Below are positions 36,990 to 44,327 of a stretch of DNA of 64,000 nt, one piece after another. Position 1 is the first letter of the stretch. The number at the start of each line of letters is the position of its first letter. The notes under the pieces were generated by a model. That model made no database searches. It saw nothing but the letters and a program-made list of their open reading frames with translations, and had not been told where the DNA came from. Origin of the DNA: Bdellovibrionia bacterium (GTDB lineage Bacteria > Bdellovibrionota > Bdellovibrionia > Bdellovibrionales > JAGQZY01); the NCBI GenBank assembly GCA_030427805.1, contig JAUICP010000004.1, positions 350,705 to 414,704 of the forward strand, in the 5' to 3' direction. The position numbers were made by a program, and so were the translations under genes.

Positions 36990-37592
36990 TTATTGCTGAT
37001 CCCATTTTTCGATGGTCTCAATAAGAACTTTTCGCCTCCGAGCGAATTCATCAGCATTCGATGTAGCAAGGGCCTCTGTCAGCGAAACACTGGCCATAAA
37101 TCGTTCCCCATTACTAAGACTCTGATCCTTTTCGAGGAGTCTCATCCAGCGAATCAATTGGTCGTTTGGCGACTTTCCGAGTGAACGAAAAAGAGTTAAA
37201 CGAACCTGCGAAGATCTGTCATTGTACAATCGATTCATTGCTTGAAAGCTCGCTTCACTGGGAAAGTAAGGTAAGGTCCTTGCAGCAATGGTTCTAAATT
37301 CTGGAGACGAAGATTTTTCCATTTCCATCGCCTTTTTAAAGGCATAGAATTGTCCTTCTGAAGCCAGGTATTCCATGGCGTCGGCCACCTTTGCAAGATC
37401 CCCGTTCTTCCAATCTTCTAGGACCGATAAACTATCGCGCTCGCGCTTAGAAGCCGCTCGATCTGATTGAACCTTTTTAAAGGCCCCGTAGAGACCAATA
37501 CTAACGATTGTAAGACCGATTAAGAAAAATGAATTTTTAAGAAACCACTGTTTCGCCTTAGAAACTTCTGTCGTGTTTTCATTAAGGTCCAT
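36990..37592 (-). CDS. single-TM helical-repeat (HEAT-like) protein, last gene of the stator operon
   Basis: The ATG at 37592 lies 9 nt after GGAG and overlaps the motB end by 11 nt. The TM segment is FFLIGLTIVSIGLYGAF. The rest is alpha-helical repeat-like (RTIAARTLPYF...QVRLTLFRSLGKS). Confidence 0.6.
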   Translation of the reverse strand: MDLNENTTEVSKAKQWFLKNSFFLIGLTIVSIGLYGAFKKVQSDRAASKRERDSLSVLEDWKNGDLAKVADAMEYLASEGQFYAFKKAMEMEKSSSPEFRTIAARTLPYFPSEASFQAMNRLYNDRSSQVRLTLFRSLGKSPNDQLIRWMRLLEKDQSLSNGERFMASVSLTEALATSNADEFARRRKVLIETIEKWDQQ

Positions 37593-38328
37593 TTGACTCA
37601 TCTCCGAATTGCGGCGGAGCCACAGCAGGACTCGGCTGCTTAACAATTCCAGGAGCGACAACCTTTAAAACCACTCGGCGATTCAGCTCCCTATTTTCGG
37701 GAATAACATCGCCGTCCCTATTGCGATTGGGAAAGGCCGGACGCCCCTCTCCATACCCCATGGCGACCAGTAAATGCTTTGGATACCCCGCCTTCTCGAA
37801 AACCTTAACGACAGTCGCAGCGCGGGCCGCGCTCAACTCCCAGTTTGACGGAAACTTTTCAGTTGAAATAGGTATATCATCAGTATGGCCCGCCACTAGA
37901 ATTTCTGCTGAATTCACTGTTTCAAAGATAACCTGGGTTAAAGTTTCAAGACTGGCTTGGGCCTCGGGTAGCATATCGGCTGAGCCTAACTTAAAGAGTA
38001 AAACTGACCGAAAGGTAATTTCTAATCCATCTTTGACTGGATTGAGCTGAAGTTCCGATATAATACCGGTATCTTCCATTTCTTCTTTCAGTTCCTCTAA
38101 CTGCTTTGCTAACTCTTCATAAGGAACCGAATAGGTTCCTCCAAATTGTTTAGCAACGCTCTTTTTCATTTCTTCCTGACTGGTTTCTTTGGAGGCAGAA
38201 AAGACGTACATCAAAACAAAAAAACCAAAGAGCAAAGTCATCATATCAGAATAGGAGATGAGCCAAATTTCATCGTTTTCTCCACCGCCTGAGTGATCAT
38301 TTAAAGGAGAGGACTTGTGATCTAACAT
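37582..38328 (-). CDS. motB: MotB-type stator protein with an OmpA-like peptidoglycan-binding domain
   Basis: The N-terminal plug/TM region with the conserved Asp is IWLISYSDMMTLLFGFFVLMY. The C-terminal OmpA-like block is VAGHTDDIPISTEKFPSNWELSAARAATVV...NRRVVL. The ATG shares one nt with the motA stop. Confidence 0.85.
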   Translation of the reverse strand: MLDHKSSPLNDHSGGGENDEIWLISYSDMMTLLFGFFVLMYVFSASKETSQEEMKKSVAKQFGGTYSVPYEELAKQLEELKEEMEDTGIISELQLNPVKDGLEITFRSVLLFKLGSADMLPEAQASLETLTQVIFETVNSAEILVAGHTDDIPISTEKFPSNWELSAARAATVVKVFEKAGYPKHLLVAMGYGEGRPAFPNRNRDGDVIPENRELNRRVVLKVVAPGIVKQPSPAVAPPQFGDESNGP

Positions 38329-39131
38329 CAGGCCGCCTTTTGCGAACTCGAATTAATAGATTTCCAATCCACCCGTTCCGCGGGAAGGAGGTAGGAATTG
38401 AGTTCTTCGACCATGATGACGCGATTCTTATTTTCGGCGATGAGCTTCAGACCTTCGGCAACCAAGCGGTTTTTGATCCAAAGTTCTTTGGCACCATCTT
38501 CGAGGTGATCGGCGATGGGTAAAATAATTAAATTGGCAAAGGCGATTCCATAAAGAGTTGCAACGAGTGCAACCGCCATAGCTGGACCAATGGTTTTTTC
38601 TGCACCTGGCTTACCAATTTCTTTAAGTAGCGCAATCATACCCAATACCGCTCCCATGAGACCCATTGCTGGAGGGAACTTGCCAAGGGCTTTAAAACGT
38701 CTGGCGTCCTCAGAATACCGGTTGTATATGGTCATCGCACGAACGGAGAGAACCTCGTGAAGTTTCTCAGGGTCCATATAACCTTCAGCGAGCAGCATCA
38801 CTCCTTCTTTTACAAAGTGATCCTTAATACTCGGGTAAATATTTTCGTAGGATTCACCCTTGCGCCTTTTCTCGGCAACAAGAAGGAGTTCCTTCATCAC
38901 ATCGACGTATTCGACTTTGTAGGTTCGAATGACTCGCAAATAGAAAATCTTCATCATTAAAATAATTCGATCCATTTGCAGTGAGATAGCCGCCACTGCC
39001 ATAGTCCCACCGAAAACGATGAGTGCGGCGTGCCAGTCGACAAAAGCCATAAAGTCATCGGTGGCCGAATAAACGCCAAAGACGAAGACAAAGACTGCGA
39101 GGAGTAAAGAGGCAATCGACGAAATGTTCAT
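38328..39131 (-). CDS. motA: MotA/PomA-type stator channel protein
   Basis: At 267 aa with four TM segments it has normal MotA size. The conserved prolines are in context: GKFPPAMGLMGAVLGMI and LYGIAFANLIILPIADHL. A charged cytoplasmic loop is present (VAEKRRKGESYE). Confidence 0.85.
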   Translation of the reverse strand: MNISSIASLLLAVFVFVFGVYSATDDFMAFVDWHAALIVFGGTMAVAAISLQMDRIILMMKIFYLRVIRTYKVEYVDVMKELLLVAEKRRKGESYENIYPSIKDHFVKEGVMLLAEGYMDPEKLHEVLSVRAMTIYNRYSEDARRFKALGKFPPAMGLMGAVLGMIALLKEIGKPGAEKTIGPAMAVALVATLYGIAFANLIILPIADHLEDGAKELWIKNRLVAEGLKLIAENKNRVIMVEELNSYLLPAERVDWKSINSSSQKAA

Positions 39132-39152
39132 AAGTACTTCCCCTTTCTCGTC

Positions 39153-39737
39153 CTAAAAACTAAGTCCTGCAAAAAATCGAAAAACTGTGGCATCGACAGT
39201 CACTGAGGAAATCCCCGTCCCACGGGTCGCAGTAAACTGAAACTCCACATTTGTTTTTTCGAGAACTCTGTAGAGAGCTCCAATATTAAATCCGTACTCG
39301 AATAAGGTCGACTGTACAGTCAATGCGGGAGTCGGCGTATCGAGGATGAGTTGTGATATCCCGAGTTGCCATCCGGCAAAAAATCGTCTCTTTGGAGACA
39401 TGGACAAACTACCGACATCGGAATCAATATCCGTGGTTCTACCTTTTGAGAGAAAATACAATTTCTGCCCACCACCCGCAAAAAGGTAGCGATATTGAGC
39501 TTCGGCAGGGTCCAAGGCGATGATCGCGTTGGCGTATATTGACGTGCTCTCAGATATGAAAATCTCAAATTCCCCGTCAACGCTGGTAATTAAACTAAAA
39601 TCTCCAGACTGCGCTCCGGTAAACGAAGTCGAAATCAAGCCAGAACGCAAGTGTAACTGCAGGTCAAGAGCACTGACTTCTAGTGCAAAGAGAGCAAAGC
39701 CCATAAATACAAGACAGAATCTAAGCCACCTGGTCAT
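39153..39737 (-). CDS. small outer-membrane beta-barrel protein
   Basis: The signal peptide is MTRWLRFCLVFMGFALFALEVSA. The sequence alternates between hydrophobic and polar residues in beta-strand fashion. The C-terminus is ...VFRFFAGLSF, with a terminal Phe. The gene overlaps the upstream gene by 17 nt. Confidence 0.65.
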   Translation of the reverse strand: MTRWLRFCLVFMGFALFALEVSALDLQLHLRSGLISTSFTGAQSGDFSLITSVDGEFEIFISESTSIYANAIIALDPAEAQYRYLFAGGGQKLYFLSKGRTTDIDSDVGSLSMSPKRRFFAGWQLGISQLILDTPTPALTVQSTLFEYGFNIGALYRVLEKTNVEFQFTATRGTGISSVTVDATVFRFFAGLSF

Positions 39738-41700
39738 TTTGACTCCGCCCCCTGTAAAATTGCTCTAACCAATTATCGGCCAATCTCTCAGCCTCTGTTC
39801 TAAAGCTCGTATTATTCTTTACCACCTCGCGAGTCATATTAAGGAATGATCTCAGGTTTAGATCTTTCTCTGCCAAAACCGTGCGCTTTCGACTATCTGA
39901 TAATTCAATTTGCTCGATCTCGGCATCAATAATGTCTCTAATTTTCGAACCACTAAACCCACTTAAAATCTTATCTTTTTGTAGGTCTTCGAGACCGTAA
40001 ATCAGTTCCGCCCGCTTTGACAGTGGCCACTTCTCAAGGGAGAAGTTTAATATCTCATTTGGCAATTCAAATAGAAGATTCATCGGGTAGATATCCATAA
40101 CAATTTCAAAAGCCTTAGCCTTTGGCACTGACTCAATAAGTCTCTGGTATAGAAAGTTTTCTTTCTCTGGACCAGCTTCGCGCAAGAGCTGAGGAATTCT
40201 CTCAACAAAAGGAGATGACTCTTGGCGATGGCTTCCGACAACCTGATCAATGGTTTGTTTGATTTCTTTTTGCCTCGACGCAAGAGCCTCTTTATCAAAT
40301 TCAACACTAATACTCGTTACTCGCTCGACCTCTTTTGGCGTCAGGAGATTCAAAATTTGCGCGACCTGAAGAGTCGGCAAAACGTTTAGAATCAAGGCTC
40401 CCACAATTTCGTTCTGGCGAATAGCATCACAACATTCTTGGGGAGAAAGACCTGAGATCAATTCAACGAGGTCATCACTGAGCCCCTCTTCTGGCTTGAT
40501 TCTCAGCTGCACAATCTGTTTTGAAATATAGAGTGAAGCCACTTGGCGCTCGCGGGCACCAGTATTGATCTCTGTCGCTTCAGCCCAACGCCTTCTCTCA
40601 TCTCGATCAAGACGACTCACAATGGGCTCCATAAATTCAGAGCCAAGAAATTCCGGTAATACCGCCACCGCATACTGTGGTTCTTTATGACTCGAAGCAA
40701 GCCATCCTTTAATAAGGATCGCAGCGTCTCCTGGACGCGATTGAATCAACTTTTTAAATTCATTAAATCCTCGAGCTAACTCATCATCACTAAGTGCCGT
40801 AAAATCTTCTTCTTTAGTTGCTCGATCTTCATTCTCTATGTATCGAGCCCGTGCATCGGCCTCTTCTCTTTCACTTTTGGCCTGCATAATTGCAATTCTT
40901 TGACTCTCGAACTTTTGATACCGAGAAGAAACGACAAGTCCTAAAAGGAAAAGAACAAAGGTCGAAAGTATGATACCAATCGGAATCTTGAACTCAACGA
41001 GCCAATCCATAACCGTTTTCTCAGGAATTTTCGCTGTAGCCTTCTCTTCCGAAGCAAGGTCCTTTTGCCCTTCGTTTTTTTCCTCTTCTTTTTTAGCGAG
41101 TTCTTCTTTTGTTGGCTCAGGAGGTCTCTTTAATGCAATTGTTTGGGACTGTAGACTGGGCTCCGGAAGACTACTACTGGTAACTATTTGCTGAATGAGT
41201 GTTTGCGCCTTTTGATTAACATCTTCGCTCACTTCTTCATCGACAATAAAGAGAATTTGCACAGAAGATACGTAATCCTCAAAGGGACGAACATTTAATC
41301 GAGTCACGCGCTGAACACTCTGGGGCCTCTTGTAAAGACCCAGTTTTGTGAGTGGCAAGAGTGGCTCACTCGCTTGATTTCCCTGTGGCTCGTAGACAAT
41401 CGTCTCTTCGATTTGTCTTGGAAGGTCTTGTCTCATCAGAGCTGTGTTTAAATTAATTTTTACTGATAGGGAAATCTCATCTTTTTTCAAAAAGTTGAGA
41501 AGAGTCGACGTAATTTTCTGCTCCAGGCGGTACTCCGCCTCTGATCGTCTTTCTGCCATGTATTTTAAAAATGAGGTGGTATCTGCTTCGGCACCATAGA
41601 CGGATAAAGTCCCCATCAATGCAGTGAGACACGAAGCCATTCCCAAGAGTTGGCGCTTATTAAATTCTAACTTGAAAACACGAAGTAGAAATAGAAGCAC
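39721..41700 (-). CDS. membrane-anchored FliG-like protein with a periplasmic FliF/YscJ-like ring-building motif (659 aa)
   Basis: The N-terminal signal is followed by about 200 aa that include ISLSVKINL...SSVQILFIVDEEVSEDVNQKAQTLIQQIV, which has the RBM-like alpha-beta-beta-alpha pattern. The TM segment is IPIGIILSTFVLFLLGLVVSS. The cytoplasmic part shows the three FliG-type helical modules: YAVAVLPEFLGSEFMEPIVSRL; NEIVGALILNVLPTLQVAQILNLLTPKEVERVTSIS; PLSKRAELIYGLEDLQKDKILSGFSGSKIRDIIDAEIEQIE. The GTG start shares one nt with the upstream stop. Confidence 0.55.
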   Translation of the reverse strand: MLLFLLRVFKLEFNKRQLLGMASCLTALMGTLSVYGAEADTTSFLKYMAERRSEAEYRLEQKITSTLLNFLKKDEISLSVKINLNTALMRQDLPRQIEETIVYEPQGNQASEPLLPLTKLGLYKRPQSVQRVTRLNVRPFEDYVSSVQILFIVDEEVSEDVNQKAQTLIQQIVTSSSLPEPSLQSQTIALKRPPEPTKEELAKKEEEKNEGQKDLASEEKATAKIPEKTVMDWLVEFKIPIGIILSTFVLFLLGLVVSSRYQKFESQRIAIMQAKSEREEADARARYIENEDRATKEEDFTALSDDELARGFNEFKKLIQSRPGDAAILIKGWLASSHKEPQYAVAVLPEFLGSEFMEPIVSRLDRDERRRWAEATEINTGARERQVASLYISKQIVQLRIKPEEGLSDDLVELISGLSPQECCDAIRQNEIVGALILNVLPTLQVAQILNLLTPKEVERVTSISVEFDKEALASRQKEIKQTIDQVVGSHRQESSPFVERIPQLLREAGPEKENFLYQRLIESVPKAKAFEIVMDIYPMNLLFELPNEILNFSLEKWPLSKRAELIYGLEDLQKDKILSGFSGSKIRDIIDAEIEQIELSDSRKRTVLAEKDLNLRSFLNMTREVVKNNTSFRTEAERLADNWLEQFYRGRSQNDQVA

Positions 41701-42377
41701 TAGTTTCCACCTCCACCAGTATTTGCTGGCAATCGACCCCGACCCAATCGCTTTTCAATGTATTGAATAATATTTCTTGTTTCTGGATTATTGGGTTCGT
41801 ATCGTACCGCTTCTCTGAATGAGCTTAGGGCCCGAACAAAGTCGTTCTTCAACAGATAAATCCCACCCTTCAGTTCGTGTATGACTGAAAGCCTTGGCTC
41901 CTTCTCTCTGAGTTTTTCAAGTCGTTCTAATGCCACATCGTAATTACCTTCGCGGGCCAAGTTTTGACTATCAAAGAGTTCCGAAATAAGTTCATTTTTT
42001 AATTTGGCTTCGCTAGCCTCTTTTAAAAGGGCCTCTTGTTCGGCTTCTTCACTATCGGACTCTGGTAAATCTGTTCTTTTACTCAGGCGGATATTTAACT
42101 TCAAATCAAAACTAGAATCGACCTCAGTTAACAAAACATTTTGCGGTATATATCCGTCCTTTTCGAAGAAAATTAAAATCGGTCCACTTCCCTCAACGAG
42201 GCTTTCAAGCTGAGAACTGGAAAGAGCCAGTGGAGTTTCCCCCGCCGGAACTCGTTTCGAGCCATCCATACGACGCACTTCAACTTTTGCGCCCGTTGGA
42301 AGTGAATCAACCGACACATTATTCGTTGCACATGAAACCGTAAAAACCAGTAAAGGCCATAAATAACAGACTCTCAT
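41700..42377 (-). CDS. lipoprotein with a PEGA domain and a TPR C-terminus
   Basis: The signal/lipobox-like sequence is MRVCYLWPLLVFTVSC. The PEGA pattern is SLPTGAKVEV...GETPL...ILIFFEKDGY. The TPR-like segment is GNYDVALERLEKLREKEPRLSVIHELKGGIYLLKNDFVRALSSFREAVRYEPNN. Confidence 0.65.
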   Translation of the reverse strand: MRVCYLWPLLVFTVSCATNNVSVDSLPTGAKVEVRRMDGSKRVPAGETPLALSSSQLESLVEGSGPILIFFEKDGYIPQNVLLTEVDSSFDLKLNIRLSKRTDLPESDSEEAEQEALLKEASEAKLKNELISELFDSQNLAREGNYDVALERLEKLREKEPRLSVIHELKGGIYLLKNDFVRALSSFREAVRYEPNNPETRNIIQYIEKRLGRGRLPANTGGGGN

Positions 42378-42432
42378 AGTACTTTAATCGGTATTGTGAG
42401 TTTTTGAATGAAGGCGACTGAGGTCTAAGTAT

Positions 42433-43506
42433 TTGAAATTTGTTTCTCGGTCTAGGTTTTCTTCTTTAAAATGGGGAGTGATCTTAAAAAGAATTGTTCC
42501 CATCAGTCTAATCATTTTCTCCGTGGTGTTTTTCTACTTAGCACTTCAGGACCAATTCTCGATCGTAAAGAAGTATTTGTTCAAACCACCCCAGGGCCAA
42601 GAACTGGGCTGGATCTCAGAGAAGTCGAACAACGTCCTTAGACGATCTTTCGGAACTCCCTCTTATTTCGGAATAAATCAAGATGATGGGGTTTTCAATC
42701 TCGATTACATTTTTTCTGGTGAAGCTTCGTTTGTAACGGTTAATTTATCAGAACGATCATCAGTGAAGATTTTAGATAAAAGCCTAGTCATTTTCAGAAG
42801 CGAAAATGGAAAGACAGTAATCGATCTCAGAGATGGAAAGATGGAGTTAGACGTTGATCCTAAGGATCAAATAAAAATCAAAACCCAGAAAGAACGTCTC
42901 GACGTTTTAGGAGAAGAGCAAACCCAGATTAAGGTGTCCACAAAAGATGGTTTGTCGTTTTTAGAGGGCGGCGCAAGTGGTGGAAAAATCAGTCATAATG
43001 GTCTAACTCATGACCTCAGTGAGGCGGCTTACGGCATCGACGAAGAAGGTAAAGGAACTTCGACCGCTGATCTAGCGAGTTCAGAAAAGTCAGGAGAACT
43101 GGAACCCGATCAAAGTCAGGCGCGGCTTCCCGGTGGTGTTTCTGAAATGAAGGACATCCCCAAGGACCTTAAACGAAGAAATATTCCTGTTCCATATCCT
43201 CCAAATCAAATCGTTCTCTTTCATAAAAAGGGAATTGAACTTTTGGTTTATCCTCGAAAAACCTGTAAGGGTGAGTGTAAGATAAAGCTCTTTTATAATG
43301 AGAAACTCATAAAAACCGCTGGATTTAAGAATGGGGAAGAACCTTTTATTAGTCTCAAGGCTAATAAGGAACTCAACGGAGTTTTTACCTGGACCTATAT
43401 CGACTTTTCAGGACAGAAATCCGGAAGCTTTGAAGTCCGCAAATTTAATTCTGATGAATTAAAAAAGGCCATGAAAAATTCTAAACAAATCGAGATAGTT
43501 AACTAA
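42433..43506 (+). CDS. membrane-anchored protein with a FecR-like beta domain (hypothetical)
   Basis: The TM segment is IVPISLIIFSVVFFYLAL. The segment ASFVTVNLSERSSVKILDKSLVIFRSENGKTVIDLRDGKMELDV is FecR-like by eye. The start is uncertain (TTG 42433 or GTG 42478). Confidence 0.5.
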   Translation: MKFVSRSRFSSLKWGVILKRIVPISLIIFSVVFFYLALQDQFSIVKKYLFKPPQGQELGWISEKSNNVLRRSFGTPSYFGINQDDGVFNLDYIFSGEASFVTVNLSERSSVKILDKSLVIFRSENGKTVIDLRDGKMELDVDPKDQIKIKTQKERLDVLGEEQTQIKVSTKDGLSFLEGGASGGKISHNGLTHDLSEAAYGIDEEGKGTSTADLASSEKSGELEPDQSQARLPGGVSEMKDIPKDLKRRNIPVPYPPNQIVLFHKKGIELLVYPRKTCKGECKIKLFYNEKLIKTAGFKNGEEPFISLKANKELNGVFTWTYIDFSGQKSGSFEVRKFNSDELKKAMKNSKQIEIVN

Positions 43507-43550
43507 ATTACTAGACTCCATTCGTTTCAAAAAAGAACCGAAAAAAACTT

Positions 43551-44327
43551 ATGAAGAATTTTTTGCTAGGCATTGCCGCCATCAGCATTTTTCTTAGTTT
43601 TGCGAGCATCCAAGTCAGCTTGGTTCTGAGCTTTGTCTGCCTTGTCATAACTGCACTTACTTTTAGAGAGCTACTTATCGAGCTTGAAAGTACGAATCAA
43701 ACCAACAGTACGGCCTTGACGATCAGCTCTCCAGAAGAGCCCCTCGAAATTTCAAGCGAAGAAATCAACTGGAATTCGATGGCAAAGACTCTCATCGCCG
43801 ATAAGTCCCATAAAATCAGCAGCGAAGAAGACTTACTAGAGTATATTGAAGATATTGAGTTTAGCCCAACCGATGAAATCGAAATTGAAAATTCTTGGGC
43901 ACAAATTGTGAGTCTTAAAAAACCTGAAAATGGTGTATCACTTTCAAGCCTTCAAAGCCTGGAGGCTTCGCTCACGGACCTGGATTTAAACAGAGAGGAT
44001 ACCCTTCTGGTCACTGATCTCGATTTCGGCCAAGAAAGTCACCTTTCATTAGCAAGTCTCATTAAAAAGAGAGTTCCCCTATCCAGAGTGATTTGCACGA
44101 AAATATTTGGTCGGGCCGATTTGATTCCCCTCATCGGAAACTTGCAAAATATCGGACTTCAGGAAATTACCAAGTTCTTTCAAGAACTCGAATCGAAATA
44201 CACCAACGTCTATTTTATTCTTTCAGACTCTCAATACATTCAGTGGGAAGCGGTGGTCCGAAGACTCAACTCTACTCGTCTTGTTGAGGAAGTTAAAATT
44301 CAAGAAGAACCTAGGCCGTACGCTTAA
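43551..44327 (+). CDS. hypothetical membrane protein (two N-terminal TM segments, acidic middle)
   Basis: The hydrophobic N-terminus is MKNFLLGIAAISIFLSFASIQVSLVLSFVCLVITALTF. No motif was recognised. Confidence 0.5.
   Translation: MKNFLLGIAAISIFLSFASIQVSLVLSFVCLVITALTFRELLIELESTNQTNSTALTISSPEEPLEISSEEINWNSMAKTLIADKSHKISSEEDLLEYIEDIEFSPTDEIEIENSWAQIVSLKKPENGVSLSSLQSLEASLTDLDLNREDTLLVTDLDFGQESHLSLASLIKKRVPLSRVICTKIFGRADLIPLIGNLQNIGLQEITKFFQELESKYTNVYFILSDSQYIQWEAVVRRLNSTRLVEEVKIQEEPRPYA

Larger units (their letters stand above)
35816..36990 (+). mobile_element. IS1-family-like insertion sequence (about 1.18 kb); boundaries tentative
   Basis: A single transposase ORF is flanked by an 11-bp perfect inverted repeat: AAACTGACCCA (35816-35826) / TGGGTCAGTTT (36980-36990). 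The repeat is extendable with mismatches. The element exactly fills the gap between two convergent stop codons (35815 and 36990). Confidence 0.45.

Noticed and set aside
36286-37184. ORFs nested in or antisense to the transposase gene, and short ORFs across the palindrome (36803..37024, 36820..37005, 36839..37069, 36948..37184)
   Set aside because: They are shadow frames of the transposase or run through the palindromic non-coding element. The symmetric sequence produces mirror ORFs on both strands.
37582-39131. MotAB pair as a Zorya-type (ZorAB) anti-phage defence system
   Set aside because: The MotA homolog is normal length (267 aa) and lacks the long C-terminal tail of ZorA. No ZorC/ZorD-like nuclease or helicase genes are adjacent. 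The neighbours are envelope structural proteins instead.
42378-42432. Sigma-28-like -10 box (ACCGATTA) upstream of the PEGA/TPR gene
   Set aside because: It lies only about 8 nt from the start codon, and the spacing to any TAAA-like -35 element is wrong (about 10 nt instead of 15).
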